From Bacillota bacterium (GTDB lineage: Bacteria; Bacillota; Clostridia; Christensenellales; UMGS416), in assembly GCA_023398815.1 (NCBI GenBank), contig JAEWRW010000020.1, positions 66,474 to 130,473 of the forward strand: a stretch of DNA of 64,000 bases. Reading direction: 5' to 3'. The position numbers were made by a program, and so were the translations under genes. Shown one piece after another: positions 1-8,916 of this stretch; positions within the stretch are counted from its first letter, which is position 1, and each line of letters opens with the position of its first letter. Below the pieces are notes generated by a model. The model was given only the letters and a program-made list of their open reading frames with translations. It ran no database searches and was not told where the DNA came from.

Positions 1-419
1 TGGCCCAGCAGGGTGGTGGGGGCCATCTGTCCGCCGGTCATGCCGTAGATGGCGTTGTTGATGAAGATGACGGTGATGTTCTCGCCCCGGGCGGCGGCGT
101 GCACAATCTCGGCCGCGCCGATGCTGGCCAGGTCGCCGTCACCCTGGTAACTGAACACCACGGCGTCGCGCTGGACGCGCTTGATGCCGGTGGCGACGGC
201 CGGCGCACGGCCGTGGGCGGCCTGCACCATGTCGCAGTTGAAGTAGTTGTAGGCAAACACCGCGCAGCCCACCGGCGCCACGCCCACGGCGCGCTCACCG
301 ACGCCCAGCTCCTCCAGCGACTCCGCCACCAAACGGTGGACAATGCCGTGGGTGCAGCCGGGGCAGTAGTGCATGGGCGCATCGGTGAGCATTTCGGTCT
401 TTTTAAAGACGATGGCCAT
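1..419 (-). CDS. 2-oxoacid:ferredoxin oxidoreductase, beta (TPP-binding) subunit; C-terminal part lies outside the window
   Basis: Correct frame is absent from the ORF track (no stop in window). Reverse translation from ATG at comp. 417-419 gives [30 protein letters not shown]...[46 protein letters not shown], i.e. the CPGC and GDG..N TPP-binding motifs of OFOR beta subunits. The start overlaps the stop of the alpha gene (TGATG). Confidence 0.85.
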   Translation of the reverse strand, partial: MAIVFKKTEMLTDAPMHYCPGCTHGIVHRLVAESLEELGVGERAVGVAPVGCAVFAYNYFNCDMVQAAHGRAPAVATGIKRVQRDAVVFSYQGDGDLASIGAAEIVHAAARGENITVIFINNAIYGMTGGQMAPTTLLG

Positions 420-1486
420 CAGGCGTCACCTCCCGCCAGGGTCAGAATCTGTTGGAGCACGTCGCCGGGCATGGGCACCATGCCACCGGTGCGGCCATAG
501 AAGTGGACGGGCTTGCGTCCGGCCACGGCAATGCGTACGTCGTCCACCATCTGGCCGGTGCTCATCTCCACCACCAGCACCGCCTTGACGCTGGGGCTGG
601 CCGCTGCTTCGGCAACGATCTGCTCCGGGAAGGGCCACAGAGTGATGGGCCGCACCAGTGCCGCCTTCACGCCCTGCTTGGCCGCCTGGGTGATGGCGCT
701 GCGGGCAATGCGGGCTGTGGTGCCATAGGCGACCACCACGACCTGAGCTCCGTCGGTGTCATCGGCGGCGGCGCGGGTCTCCTGGGCGGCGATGGCGCGG
801 TAGTTTTCGTCCATCCGCTGGTTCACACGCTCCAGCACGACCGGGTCGATGTAGAGGGAAGTGGCGATGTTGTTGTGGTCGCGCCCCCGCCGGCCGGTCG
901 TCGCCCAGTCCTTGGGCGCGAGCGTCCGGGGCGTGTAGCGGCCAAACTCCACCGGCTCCATCATCTGCCCCAGCATGCCATCGCCCATCACCATCACCGG
1001 CACGCGGTATTGGTCGGCGATGTCAAAGGCCTCCTGGGTCAGGTCCACAGCCTCCTGAATGGAGGCGGGGGCCAGTACCACCGTGCGGTAGTCACCATGG
1101 CCGCCGCCGCGGGTGGCCTGGAAGTAGTCGCTCTGCGCCGGCTGGATGCTGCCCAGCCCAGGGCCGCCGCGCACCATGTTGACGATGACGCAGGGCAGGT
1201 CGGCCCCGGCGATGTAGGAGATGCCCTCCTGCTTCAGGCTGATGCCGGGGCTGGAGGACGATGTCATCGCCCGCGCGCCGGCCGCTGCCGCGCCAAAAAC
1301 CATGTTAATCGCCGCCACTTCGCTCTCCGCCTGCAGGAAGCAGCCGTCGACCTTGGGCATGCGGCGGGCCATGTATTCGGGGATCTCATTCTGCGGCGTG
1401 ATGGGATAACCGAAGAAATGCCGACAGCCGGCCTGGATGGCCGCCTCGGCAATGGCTTCGTTGCCCTTCATCAGAACCTTGGCCAT
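419..1486 (-). CDS. 2-oxoacid:ferredoxin oxidoreductase, alpha subunit (KorA/VorB family); substrate not assignable
   Basis: 355-aa [42 protein letters not shown]...[38 protein letters not shown], the typical N-terminal pyrimidine-binding domain of OFOR alpha subunits. It sits in a delta-alpha-beta operon order. Confidence 0.9.
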   Translation of the reverse strand: MAKVLMKGNEAIAEAAIQAGCRHFFGYPITPQNEIPEYMARRMPKVDGCFLQAESEVAAINMVFGAAAAGARAMTSSSSPGISLKQEGISYIAGADLPCVIVNMVRGGPGLGSIQPAQSDYFQATRGGGHGDYRTVVLAPASIQEAVDLTQEAFDIADQYRVPVMVMGDGMLGQMMEPVEFGRYTPRTLAPKDWATTGRRGRDHNNIATSLYIDPVVLERVNQRMDENYRAIAAQETRAAADDTDGAQVVVVAYGTTARIARSAITQAAKQGVKAALVRPITLWPFPEQIVAEAAASPSVKAVLVVEMSTGQMVDDVRIAVAGRKPVHFYGRTGGMVPMPGDVLQQILTLAGGDA

Positions 1487-1497
1487 ACTGTTCCTCC

Positions 1498-1704
1498 TTA
1501 CCGTTCCACCTCAATGCAGACATCGGGGCACATGCGCGCGCAGCTCATGCAGCCAATGCATTTCGTCATGTCGGCGCAGCGTGCCGGGCTGTATCCTTTT
1601 CGGTTGATGACGCTGTCGTCCAATACCAGAATCCCCTTCGGGCAGACGCTGACGCACAGGCTGCAACCCTTGCAGGCGTCCGTGTTGATTCTGACCAATG
1701 CCAA
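1498..1704 (-). CDS. OFOR delta subunit, small 2x[4Fe-4S] ferredoxin-like protein
   Basis: C-terminal part of track ORF 1498..1848 carries CKGCSLCVSVCP and CIGCMSCARMCP clusters. I trimmed the start to TTG at comp. 1702-1704, which is preceded by GGAGGA (comp. 1711-1716) with a 6-nt spacer. The longer N-terminal extension has no RBS. Confidence 0.75.
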   Translation of the reverse strand: MALVRINTDACKGCSLCVSVCPKGILVLDDSVINRKGYSPARCADMTKCIGCMSCARMCPDVCIEVER

Positions 1705-1904
1705 GACAATTCCTCCGTTTCCTGCTCTATTCGCGAGCGTGGCTGCCCGGTCGGGCAACATGAGGTTATTATATTTCAATTCAACCAGAGGTGCAAGGAA
1801 TATTGACTGGATGACAGGATGGCAAGGCGCTTTTACCTTTACAATCATGTCGAAATATGCTAAAATGCCGCTGGCATTTCAAAGATTTCAGGAGGTGAAC
1901 GAAC

Positions 1905-2075
1905 GTGGCTTACAGCATTTCCGACGCGTGCATCAAGTGTGGCGCCTGCGAGGCCGAGTGCCCTGTCAGCGCCATTTCTGAGGGTGACAGCCAGTATCAG
2001 ATCAACGCGGACACCTGCATTTCCTGCGGCGCTTGCGCTAATGTCTGCCCGGTGGACGCCATCGCCGAGGGCTGA
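1905..2075 (+). CDS. fdx: clostridial-type 2x[4Fe-4S] ferredoxin (56 aa)
   Basis: Below the ORF-track size cut-off. GTG start follows AGGAGG (1890-1895). Translation is VAYSISDACIKCGACEAECPVSAISEGDSQYQINADTCISCGACANVCPVDAIAEG*, with two CxxCxxCxxxCP motifs. Confidence 0.8.
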   Translation: MAYSISDACIKCGACEAECPVSAISEGDSQYQINADTCISCGACANVCPVDAIAEG

Positions 2076-2360
2076 GCTTCGGCACTGACAATCGAAAATG
2101 GGGGAGGGGGTTCTTTGCAGGGCGAAGGGCTCCTTTCATTTTTTGCCCGTTCGTTGCCATTCGACACGAACTCCCACGCGCCACACGGGGCCTTTGCCTT
2201 GCGTATGGTAGTGTGTTCGTCTATACTATATCCAATTGATTCCACAAGGGCGGGCTTTCCGCCTAGAAGCATCTGCTGTCCGGTTGCGGCGGGCGGGGGG
2301 AGACCTCGCCGGTTTTTTGTGCGGTGCTGCCGGGCGGGTCGTTTCCAAGGGGGTATTTCA

Positions 2361-5015
2361 ATGAAGAAGAAACTGTCTCTGGTTCTGGCCATTCTCGTGG
2401 CTTTTGTGCTGGCCACCCCGGCACTGCCCGTTTCCGCTGTGGACTACAGCTACATCCGGGTCAAACTGACTTCCATGGGGAGCCCAACCTCGGTGCAGTT
2501 CAAGCTTAAGGGTGCCTACCGGGTCTCCGGCAAGTCCTCACTTGACCTGTATCCCAACATCACCTACACCCTGAAAGCGGCCAGTTCGGGCTCGGGCCTG
2601 ACATTGACCTACCACAACGGCGTCAAAACGGTCAACGTGAGTTTGGGGGCCAGCATCACCCTCAAGCAGTACAGCAACGGCTCGGCCGTCAACTTCCTGT
2701 ATCTCTATAATAAGAGCTACGGCTGGTGCTATTACGACGGCGACATGACGATCAGCCGGCCGTCGGGCAAAAAGACGCTCCAGCTCATTAATAAGGTTTA
2801 TTTGGAGACCTACATTTACGGCGTGGTGGCCTGTGAGATGAGTTCGGCCTGGCCCGCCGAGGCACTGAAGGCCCAGGCAATCACCTCCCGCACCTACGCC
2901 ATGCGCTTTCAGAAGGCAAATGCGGACGAATCCTCCGACATCGGCGACACCTCCACCTATCAGGTGTACGAGGGGTATCCCCTGAGCGGAGGCGCGGCGA
3001 TCAAGGCCATTCAGAGTGCGGTGACCGCCACCAAGGGCATGACCATTACCTACGACGGTGCCCTGGTGGACGGCATGTTCTCTGCCAGCAATGGCGGGCA
3101 GACCCGCTTGGCCACCACCAAGTGGCCCAGCAGCAAGAACACCTACCATGTGTTCAAGGACGACCCCTATGACCGGAAGAACGGCTCCAGCCCCTCGTTC
3201 CGCTACATCTTCCCGGTCAAGTTTGACAGCGCAACGCTCGGTTTGTTGAGCTCTACCGACCGCAAGAAAGTGGATACCATGTCTGCCCTGCTGAAGGAAA
3301 AACTGGTTCCGGTCATCAAGTCAAAATCCGGCATTACCGTGAAGGCCTCGGACATCAAACTCAACGCCATCAGCAGCGTCACCCGCAAATCGCTGCGCGA
3401 TGGTCTGCCCACCGGCAGCCTGGAGTTCACCCAGGTCGTCGTCGTCGTCAATGTGACCGTACCGGGTACACCCACCACCACGGCTTCACCTACCAAGACC
3501 GCGACGGCTACGCCCACCAAGACGGCTACGGCCACACCCACTGCAACCCCTACTGCCACAGTGACGGCGACCACTATCACCACCGCTACGGCCACGACGA
3601 CTGCCACGGCTACAGCCACTGCTACCGCGACCAGCACAGCCACGACGCAGGCGCAGTCCTCCGATGGGGCCGCAGTCAAGGTGCAGACGGTGGCCGCCGT
3701 CACCAATACACCTGCTGCCACCAGCGCCCCGGCCACCGCCAAGCCCGCCGCCAAGACCAATGCGACATCCAGCTACACCGGCGGCTATACGGTGACGCTG
3801 ACGTACACCGACGATGAGGGAGACCTCATCGGGGAGTTGAAGTCGCGTTTTGCCACTTATCACAGCCTGCTCAAGAGTAAAAACCTGTGGAACATGTACT
3901 ACATGAAGTCCTCCAACGGCAAGTTTTTCTACCTCATCGTGCGGGGGTATGGCCATGGCGTGGGCCTCAGCCAGCGCGGCGCCCAAGAGATGGCCAAGGA
4001 AGGCAAGACCTACGATGAGATTCTGGCCTTCTATTACAACATGGACACCAATGCCAAGGTCAAGAAGACCAGAGTGACGCTGACCTACAAGGCTCCTACC
4101 AAAGTGCCTGGCAACAGCAGTCCTGTGTATGGCAAGGTAACCAGCAGCACCCTCAACGTGCGCGCCGCTACCGACAGCAGCAAGGGTGCCATCGTGGGCA
4201 CGCTGAAGAAGAACGACTATGTGGAGATCCTGAGCACAAAGAGCAACGGCTGGTATCGCATCCTGGTGAAGAAGACCGGCCTGGCCGGCTATGTGGCCTC
4301 CCGTTACATCAAGAAGGTGTCGTCCACCCCTGCGCCCAGTGCTACCGTCACCCCAACGCCTGTCACCGGCAAGGTGGGGGGGCAGGACCTCAGAATGCGA
4401 AAGAGTCCCTCGTCCAGTGCTGACATCGTGACGACCATCCCCAAGAACTCCACGGTCACGGTGCTGGACACCAAGGCCGCGACCGGCTGGTACAAGGTGA
4501 AGTACAAGACCTACACCGGGTACTGCATGTCTCAGTACATTACCATCACCGGCAGCACGGCCACGCCAACCCCCACGCCCAGTGCCACGGCCAACAACAA
4601 GACCGTGCAGGGTAAAGCCAACGTGTCCGACTACCTGTCGCTGCGCGAATCGGCCGATACCGCGTCGGACCGGGTGGCCAAGATCCCTAAGAACGGAACG
4701 TTTTCCGTGACGAGTGTGGATAAGAAGCCCTCCTGGCTCAAGGTGAAGTACAGCAGCCAAACCGGCTACGTGCTGGCCAAGTATGTCATCATCGCCGGAA
4801 ACTCCACCTACAAGGCGTGCACCGTCACGGCCAGTACTCTCAACGTGCGCAAGACCGCCAGCACCGATGGTACGATTCTCGGCAAGCTCTCCAGCGGCAA
4901 CACCGTGGCCGTCACTGCCAAGACCACCGCGGGCGGCAAGGTGTGGTACAAGATCCTGTATGGCAGTGGCACGGGGTACATCCTCTCCGATTATTGTCGC
5001 ATCATGACCCAATAG
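2361..5015 (+). CDS. secreted SpoIID/LytB-domain protein with Thr/Ala/Pro-rich linker and four C-terminal SH3b domains
   Basis: Track ORF 2115..5015 trimmed to ATG 2361 (AAGGGGG RBS, signal peptide MKKKLSLVLAILVAFVLATPALPVSA). SpoIID motifs VYLETYIYGVVACEMSSAWPAEALKAQAITSRTYA and GYGHGVGLSQRGAQEMA are present. Four repeats of the SH3b pattern follow (LNVR...GWY.I....G.GYV...Y). Confidence 0.85.
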   Translation: MKKKLSLVLAILVAFVLATPALPVSAVDYSYIRVKLTSMGSPTSVQFKLKGAYRVSGKSSLDLYPNITYTLKAASSGSGLTLTYHNGVKTVNVSLGASITLKQYSNGSAVNFLYLYNKSYGWCYYDGDMTISRPSGKKTLQLINKVYLETYIYGVVACEMSSAWPAEALKAQAITSRTYAMRFQKANADESSDIGDTSTYQVYEGYPLSGGAAIKAIQSAVTATKGMTITYDGALVDGMFSASNGGQTRLATTKWPSSKNTYHVFKDDPYDRKNGSSPSFRYIFPVKFDSATLGLLSSTDRKKVDTMSALLKEKLVPVIKSKSGITVKASDIKLNAISSVTRKSLRDGLPTGSLEFTQVVVVVNVTVPGTPTTTASPTKTATATPTKTATATPTATPTATVTATTITTATATTTATATATATATSTATTQAQSSDGAAVKVQTVAAVTNTPAATSAPATAKPAAKTNATSSYTGGYTVTLTYTDDEGDLIGELKSRFATYHSLLKSKNLWNMYYMKSSNGKFFYLIVRGYGHGVGLSQRGAQEMAKEGKTYDEILAFYYNMDTNAKVKKTRVTLTYKAPTKVPGNSSPVYGKVTSSTLNVRAATDSSKGAIVGTLKKNDYVEILSTKSNGWYRILVKKTGLAGYVASRYIKKVSSTPAPSATVTPTPVTGKVGGQDLRMRKSPSSSADIVTTIPKNSTVTVLDTKAATGWYKVKYKTYTGYCMSQYITITGSTATPTPTPSATANNKTVQGKANVSDYLSLRESADTASDRVAKIPKNGTFSVTSVDKKPSWLKVKYSSQTGYVLAKYVIIAGNSTYKACTVTASTLNVRKTASTDGTILGKLSSGNTVAVTAKTTAGGKVWYKILYGSGTGYILSDYCRIMTQ
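3465..3765 (+). repeat. low-complexity imperfect tandem repeats encoding a T/A/P linker inside the SpoIID-like gene
   Basis: DNA is built of ACGGCTACGGCC / ACCAAGACC-type units encoding TPTTTASPTKTATATPTKTATATPTATPTATVTATTITTATATTTATATATATATSTATT... Confidence 0.7.
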
Positions 5016-5041
5016 GATAGTACCGCTCGCTTTCTGTATTT

Positions 5042-5078
5042 TAACCGCGGGGTTCCTTGGGAACCCCGCGGTTTCTTT
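5042..5078 (+). terminator. rho-independent terminator after the SpoIID-like gene
   Basis: Perfect 12-bp stem CCGCGGGGTTCC / GGAACCCCGCGG with a 3-nt loop, followed by TTTCTTTT. Confidence 0.85.
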
Positions 5079-5120
5079 TGCGATTAACCCCTTGTGGAAT
5101 ACAAAATCAATTTCCCTATT

Positions 5121-5137
5121 TGTAACAAAATTGTAAC
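5121..5137 (+). promoter_or_regulatory. WalR(YycF)-type direct-repeat box TGTAAC-N5-TGTAAC
   Basis: Sequence tatTTGTAACAAAATTGTAACAAAtcc. It matches the published WalR consensus TGTWAH-N5-TGTWAH at every position and lies about 40 bp upstream of the -10 of an NlpC/P60 gene. Confidence 0.4.
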
Positions 5138-5172
5138 AAATCCAGATTATGCGCTTGTTTTTGCTGGCCTCA

Positions 5173-5181
5173 TGCTATAAT
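5173..5181 (+). promoter_or_regulatory. extended -10 promoter element (TGcTATAAT) for the NlpC/P60 gene
   Basis: catGCTATAATatg contains TGnTATAAT, 48 nt upstream of the TTG start at 5229. The -35 (TTGTTT) is weak. Confidence 0.45.
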
Positions 5182-5228
5182 ATGCCCAGTCTTTTTGGCG
5201 TAACAATGGTTCGATCGGAGGTGCAGGA

Positions 5229-6449
5229 TTGCATACGAAAGCCAGATTGGTGTTGGCTGCCATCGTGATGGTGGGCCTTTCGATGGCGATGATGGCCGGT
5301 TCGGTTTCCGCTGACGAAGCGTTGAGGCGGGGAGACGAGGGCGATCGTGTGAAGGAGTTGCAGCAACTCCTGAAGAAAAGCGATTGCTACGATTATGGCA
5401 CGATCACCGGGTATTTCGGCGTATCCACAGAAAACGGCGTGAAGAAGTTCCAGTCCACCCACGGGCTGGAGGTGGATGGCGTGGCGGGCACGGCGACGAT
5501 CAATAAGTTGAAGTCCGCGTCCAAAGCCACCACCACAAACCCCGATTCGCTCAGCCTTGGTATGAGCGGCGACGACGTGACCGACATCCAGAAGCGTCTC
5601 AAAACGCTGGGCTTGTTCACCGAGCCCAAGGTCACCGGTTACTTCGGCCCCAAGACCGAGTCGGCAGTGAAACTCTTCCAGCAAGCCTCCGGCATGAAGG
5701 CCGACGGCATTGTGGGGAAGAAGACCAAGACCGCCATGTTCCAGAGCTTTAGCTCCACTACGCTGGCCGCCGGCATGAAGGGCAGCGCCGTGACCAAACT
5801 GCAGAAGCGATTAAAGACGCTGGGCTACTACGATGGCAGTGCTACCGGCCTCTATGGTCAGCTCACCGAGAAGGCTGTGGCCTATTATCAGAAGCTCAAC
5901 AAATTGACCGACGATGGCGTTGCGGGTAAAAAGACGCAGAGCTCCATCTATAGCAGCAAGGCCAAAACCGAGAAGGAAGCCCGTCGTTCGACGAGCTCAG
6001 ATTCCTCTGATAGCTCGTCCGACTCCGATTCCTCCAACGACGAGGACACCGACCAGAGCAGCAAGGGCCAGGCCAAGGGCGAAGCCGTGGTGGAGTACGC
6101 CAAGAAGTTCCTGGGTGTGCCCTACGTCTACGGTGGTGACGGCCCCAAGTCCTTCGACTGCACGGGTTTCACCTGCTATGTGTACAAGCACTTCGGTGTC
6201 AGTCTGCCCCGGTCGGCGCAGTCCCAGGGCTACTCTGACTACGGCGTGAAGATCACCAAGAAGTCGGACCTGATGCCCGGTGACCTGATCTTCTTCAACT
6301 CCCAGAGGGACAGTGACCGTTCGGACCACGCCGGTATCTACATCGGCAATGGCAAGTACATCCACGCGCCGTACACCGGCACCGTCGTGAAGATCAGCAA
6401 GCTTTCGGATCGGCACGATTTCTCCTGGGGGCGCCGGGTGTTCCAGTAA
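5229..6449 (+). CDS. secreted peptidoglycan endopeptidase: 4x PG_binding_1 repeats + Ser/Asp-rich linker + NlpC/P60 domain
   Basis: TTG start follows GGAGG. Repeats of the G..G..V..LQ..L..LG......G.FG..T..AV..FQ...GL..DG..G..T pattern are present. The C-terminus FDCTGFTCYVYKHFGVSLPRSAQSQ...GDLIFF......DHAGIYIGNGKYIHAP carries the NlpC/P60 Cys and His motifs. Confidence 0.9.
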   Translation: MHTKARLVLAAIVMVGLSMAMMAGSVSADEALRRGDEGDRVKELQQLLKKSDCYDYGTITGYFGVSTENGVKKFQSTHGLEVDGVAGTATINKLKSASKATTTNPDSLSLGMSGDDVTDIQKRLKTLGLFTEPKVTGYFGPKTESAVKLFQQASGMKADGIVGKKTKTAMFQSFSSTTLAAGMKGSAVTKLQKRLKTLGYYDGSATGLYGQLTEKAVAYYQKLNKLTDDGVAGKKTQSSIYSSKAKTEKEARRSTSSDSSDSSSDSDSSNDEDTDQSSKGQAKGEAVVEYAKKFLGVPYVYGGDGPKSFDCTGFTCYVYKHFGVSLPRSAQSQGYSDYGVKITKKSDLMPGDLIFFNSQRDSDRSDHAGIYIGNGKYIHAPYTGTVVKISKLSDRHDFSWGRRVFQ

Positions 6450-6585
6450 CCCACCCTGCATGTCACGGCCCGCGCAATCATTGCGCGGGCCGTTTTGCAT
6501 GCGTGTTGACCCTTCCCAATCCCTGCCATTTGCGGTAGGATGGTGAAAACAACCGCCGCCAGCCGGCGACAACAGGAGGATGGGT

Positions 6586-7872
6586 ATGACGGTGGAACGA
6601 AAGCCACAGCAGCTTGCTTTTTTGGATTGGGAGTTCGGTGTGTTCTTCCATTTTGGCATTCGCACCTTCTATGAGGGCCATCGGGACTGGGACATGCAGG
6701 AGATGCCGCTGGCAGGCTTCGCGCCCAGCGCGCTCGATTGCAACCAGTGGTGCGCTACCGCCAAGGCTGCCGGTGCGCGCTACGCCGTGCTTGTGTGCAA
6801 GCACCACGACGGCTTCGCCAACTGGCCCTCGGCCTATACCGACTATTCGGTGGCCCACACCCCCTGGAAGGATGGAAAGGGTGACGTCGTGCGGGAGTTT
6901 ACCGATGCCTGCCGCGCCAACGGGCTCAAGGTCGGGCTCTACTACTCCCCGGCCGAGTTTGGCTCCAAGGACCAGGAGGCCAAGGACTATGACGAGTACT
7001 TCATCCGCCAGGTGAGCGAGTTGCTGGGCAACTATGGCAAGGTCGATTACCTGTGGTTTGACGGCTGCGGCTCTGAGAATCACCGCTATGACACCGCCCG
7101 CATCGTGGCGACCATCCGCACCCTGCAGCCGGAGATACTGCTCTTCAATATGTGGGACCCTGACACCCGCTGGGTGGGCAATGAATCGGGCTACGCCCAC
7201 AACGCCAACTCCAACGTCGTCACTTCCACGGCGTTCTCGGTGTTCACCGAGATCCCCGACCAGCTGGATCGTCCCCGGTTCCTGCCGGTGGAGTGCGACT
7301 TCCGCATGCGGCTGGAGAATTGGTTTTTCAGCGACCGGGACGAACACACCGTCAAGAGCGTTGCAGAGTTGATGGGTATCTACTACTACTCGGTGGGGCG
7401 GGGTGCCAATTTTCTCATCAACATCGGCCCGGACCGCCGCGGCTTGCTGCCGGACGCCGATGCCCAGCGCCTGCTGGAGTTTGGTGAGGAGGTTCGCCGC
7501 CGGTTTGCCCACCCGCTGCCTGCCACGTTCACCAGTGAGGGTGCAACGGCATCCTGCCGGTTTGAGGAGCCCACGCTTGTGGACCACGTTGTGCTAACCG
7601 AATCGCTGACGGCTGACCAGCCCGTCGAGCGCTTCACTATCCGGGCCTACCCCTATTCCTATGGCCCGCCGGTCGTGGTGTACGAGGGCCACACCATCGG
7701 GCACAAGGCCATCTGTTCGTTCCCGCCGTTCCTCACCAAACAGGTGGAGATCACGCTGGAGGGTGCCGGCAGCGACAACCTGGAGTCCATGACAACGTAT
7801 TTCGTGGGCCGGTATCGAGGCGGCAGGCAAACGTGGAGGGGCTTCACTCAAACTCCAGGAAACCCATTTTGA
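6586..7872 (+). CDS. alpha-L-fucosidase (GH29 family)
   Basis: FGVFFHFGIRTF...WCATAKAAGARYAVLVCKHHDGFANWPS...GDVVREFTDACRANGLKVGLYYS...YLWFDG is the typical GH29 catalytic domain. I chose the second ATG (6586; AGGAGG at 6574-6579 with a 6-nt spacer); the track start is 6580. Confidence 0.8.
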   Translation: MTVERKPQQLAFLDWEFGVFFHFGIRTFYEGHRDWDMQEMPLAGFAPSALDCNQWCATAKAAGARYAVLVCKHHDGFANWPSAYTDYSVAHTPWKDGKGDVVREFTDACRANGLKVGLYYSPAEFGSKDQEAKDYDEYFIRQVSELLGNYGKVDYLWFDGCGSENHRYDTARIVATIRTLQPEILLFNMWDPDTRWVGNESGYAHNANSNVVTSTAFSVFTEIPDQLDRPRFLPVECDFRMRLENWFFSDRDEHTVKSVAELMGIYYYSVGRGANFLINIGPDRRGLLPDADAQRLLEFGEEVRRRFAHPLPATFTSEGATASCRFEEPTLVDHVVLTESLTADQPVERFTIRAYPYSYGPPVVVYEGHTIGHKAICSFPPFLTKQVEITLEGAGSDNLESMTTYFVGRYRGGRQTWRGFTQTPGNPF

Positions 7873-8557
7873 TGAGGTCGTCCCGGGTGATTTTGTCCTC
7901 CACCGTCAGCCCTGCGTCCTGCTGAAAGCGCTTCAGCGCCAGCGTCAGGTCGTAATCGTAGATGCCCGAGGCCCAGCCGTAGAAATAGCCCAGTTCCGAT
8001 AGCCGTTGCTGCACCGCCTTGACGTCGGCGCCGCGCTCACCGGGGCTGATGGTTTTGAAGCCTGTGCCAAAGGGCCCGTAGGGGCCGTTGCGCACGATGA
8101 CGGGCGTGCCCACGCTGACCATGTCGTAGAGCTTGCGAATGTCACGGTTGCGCATGCGGATGCAGCCGTGGCTGACCGCCGCGCCGATCTTGCCCTCGGC
8201 ATTGGTGCCGTGGATGCCATAGACGCCCCAGGGGACGTTGAGCCCCAGCCAACGCGCGCCGAAGCTTTTGCCCTTTTTGATGCCCTTGGAGGTGATTTCC
8301 CAGTCGCCGATGGGGGAGGCGAAGCCCGGCTTGCCGGTGGCAATGGGGAAGGACTGCACCAGTTCGCCGTTTTCCAAGAGGTACAGCCGCTTTTCGTCCA
8401 CATGAACCAGGATGACATAGTGATGCGCCGTCGCCTCGCTGGCGACGGCATGTTCCTGTCCATGCAGGCACTCGGCCAGCAGCGCCCCGGCATACAGCAA
8501 CGCCAGCGCGGCCAGCACCAGATTTCGGGCGGTCAGCAGTCTCCGCACACGGTTCAC
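7844..8557 (-). CDS. L,D-transpeptidase (YkuD domain) with C-terminal PG_binding_1 domain
   Basis: YkuD core FPIATGKPGFASPIGDWEI...GIHGTN....IGAAVSHGCIRMRNRDIRKLYD has the catalytic HGC. The C-terminus is GADVKAVQQRLSELGY. Track ORF (to 8758) was trimmed to GTG at 8557 (or 8548), just ahead of the TM anchor RRLLTARNLVLAALALLYAGALL. Start is uncertain. Confidence 0.8.
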   Translation of the reverse strand: MNRVRRLLTARNLVLAALALLYAGALLAECLHGQEHAVASEATAHHYVILVHVDEKRLYLLENGELVQSFPIATGKPGFASPIGDWEITSKGIKKGKSFGARWLGLNVPWGVYGIHGTNAEGKIGAAVSHGCIRMRNRDIRKLYDMVSVGTPVIVRNGPYGPFGTGFKTISPGERGADVKAVQQRLSELGYFYGWASGIYDYDLTLALKRFQQDAGLTVEDKITRDDLIKMGFLEFE

Positions 8558-8837
8558 CCCGTCCAGTATATTCGCCGGGAGCTGGGTTGATGTGAGGCGC
8601 GGACGATCCAGTTGCCGGTGTGCTGGCGTTGTGAATCCTTCTCGGGTCCAGTGTTTTTTTGGGGGAAGGACGCTGGAATGAGGACCTATGTAACTTGGCT
8701 GTATAGGCCATTGCGCAAGGGGAGCGTATGGTTTCGGATGGCAGGAGGTTCCTCTCACGAGACAAAGAAAGAGTCACTTTCGGTGAGACACATGCGGAGG
8801 CCCGATTGTTGAGGTGGAAAGCTTTTGTGAGATTGAC

Positions 8838-8866
8838 TTGTGATTTCTCACGTGTTTGGGTAAAAT
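8838..8866 (+). promoter_or_regulatory. candidate SigA-type promoter TTGTGA-17-TAAAAT
   Basis: Lies in the AT-richer patch upstream of the 8917 gene and is flanked by repeated TTGTGAGA motifs (8825-8832, 8874-8881). Confidence 0.35.
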
Positions 8867-8916
8867 AGAGATATTGTGAGAACACAATTTGACCACACTA
8901 TGGGGGCTAAGAATCT

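Noticed and set aside
452-1981. 509-aa + strand ORF spanning the OFOR genes
   Set aside because: It is antisense to three motif-supported genes (beta, alpha and delta subunits) and is a His/Gly/Ala-rich shadow.
2115-2360. N-terminal extensions of track ORFs (2115..2360 of the SpoIID-like gene; 15698..15928 of the yjbR-like gene; 8558..8758 of the LDT gene; 1705..1848 of the ferredoxin subunit; 31814..31828, 31907..31972 and others)
   Set aside because: The extensions lack an RBS, are compositionally odd, and precede an internal start that has a good Shine-Dalgarno sequence plus a signal peptide, TM segment or family N-terminus.
3465-3765. Possible CRISPR array or other spaced-repeat locus (also checked the decamer repeats at 25220-25249 and the res-like repeats at 24344-24428)
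   Set aside because: There are no 25-40 bp direct repeats separated by unique spacers anywhere in the window. These repeats are a coding low-complexity tract and short operator-like motifs. No cas genes are present.
3486-5012. 508-aa minus-strand ORF (and 3203..3760) inside the SpoIID-like gene
   Set aside because: It is antisense to a gene with a signal peptide and SpoIID and SH3b motifs, and it is partly generated by the T/A-linker repeats.
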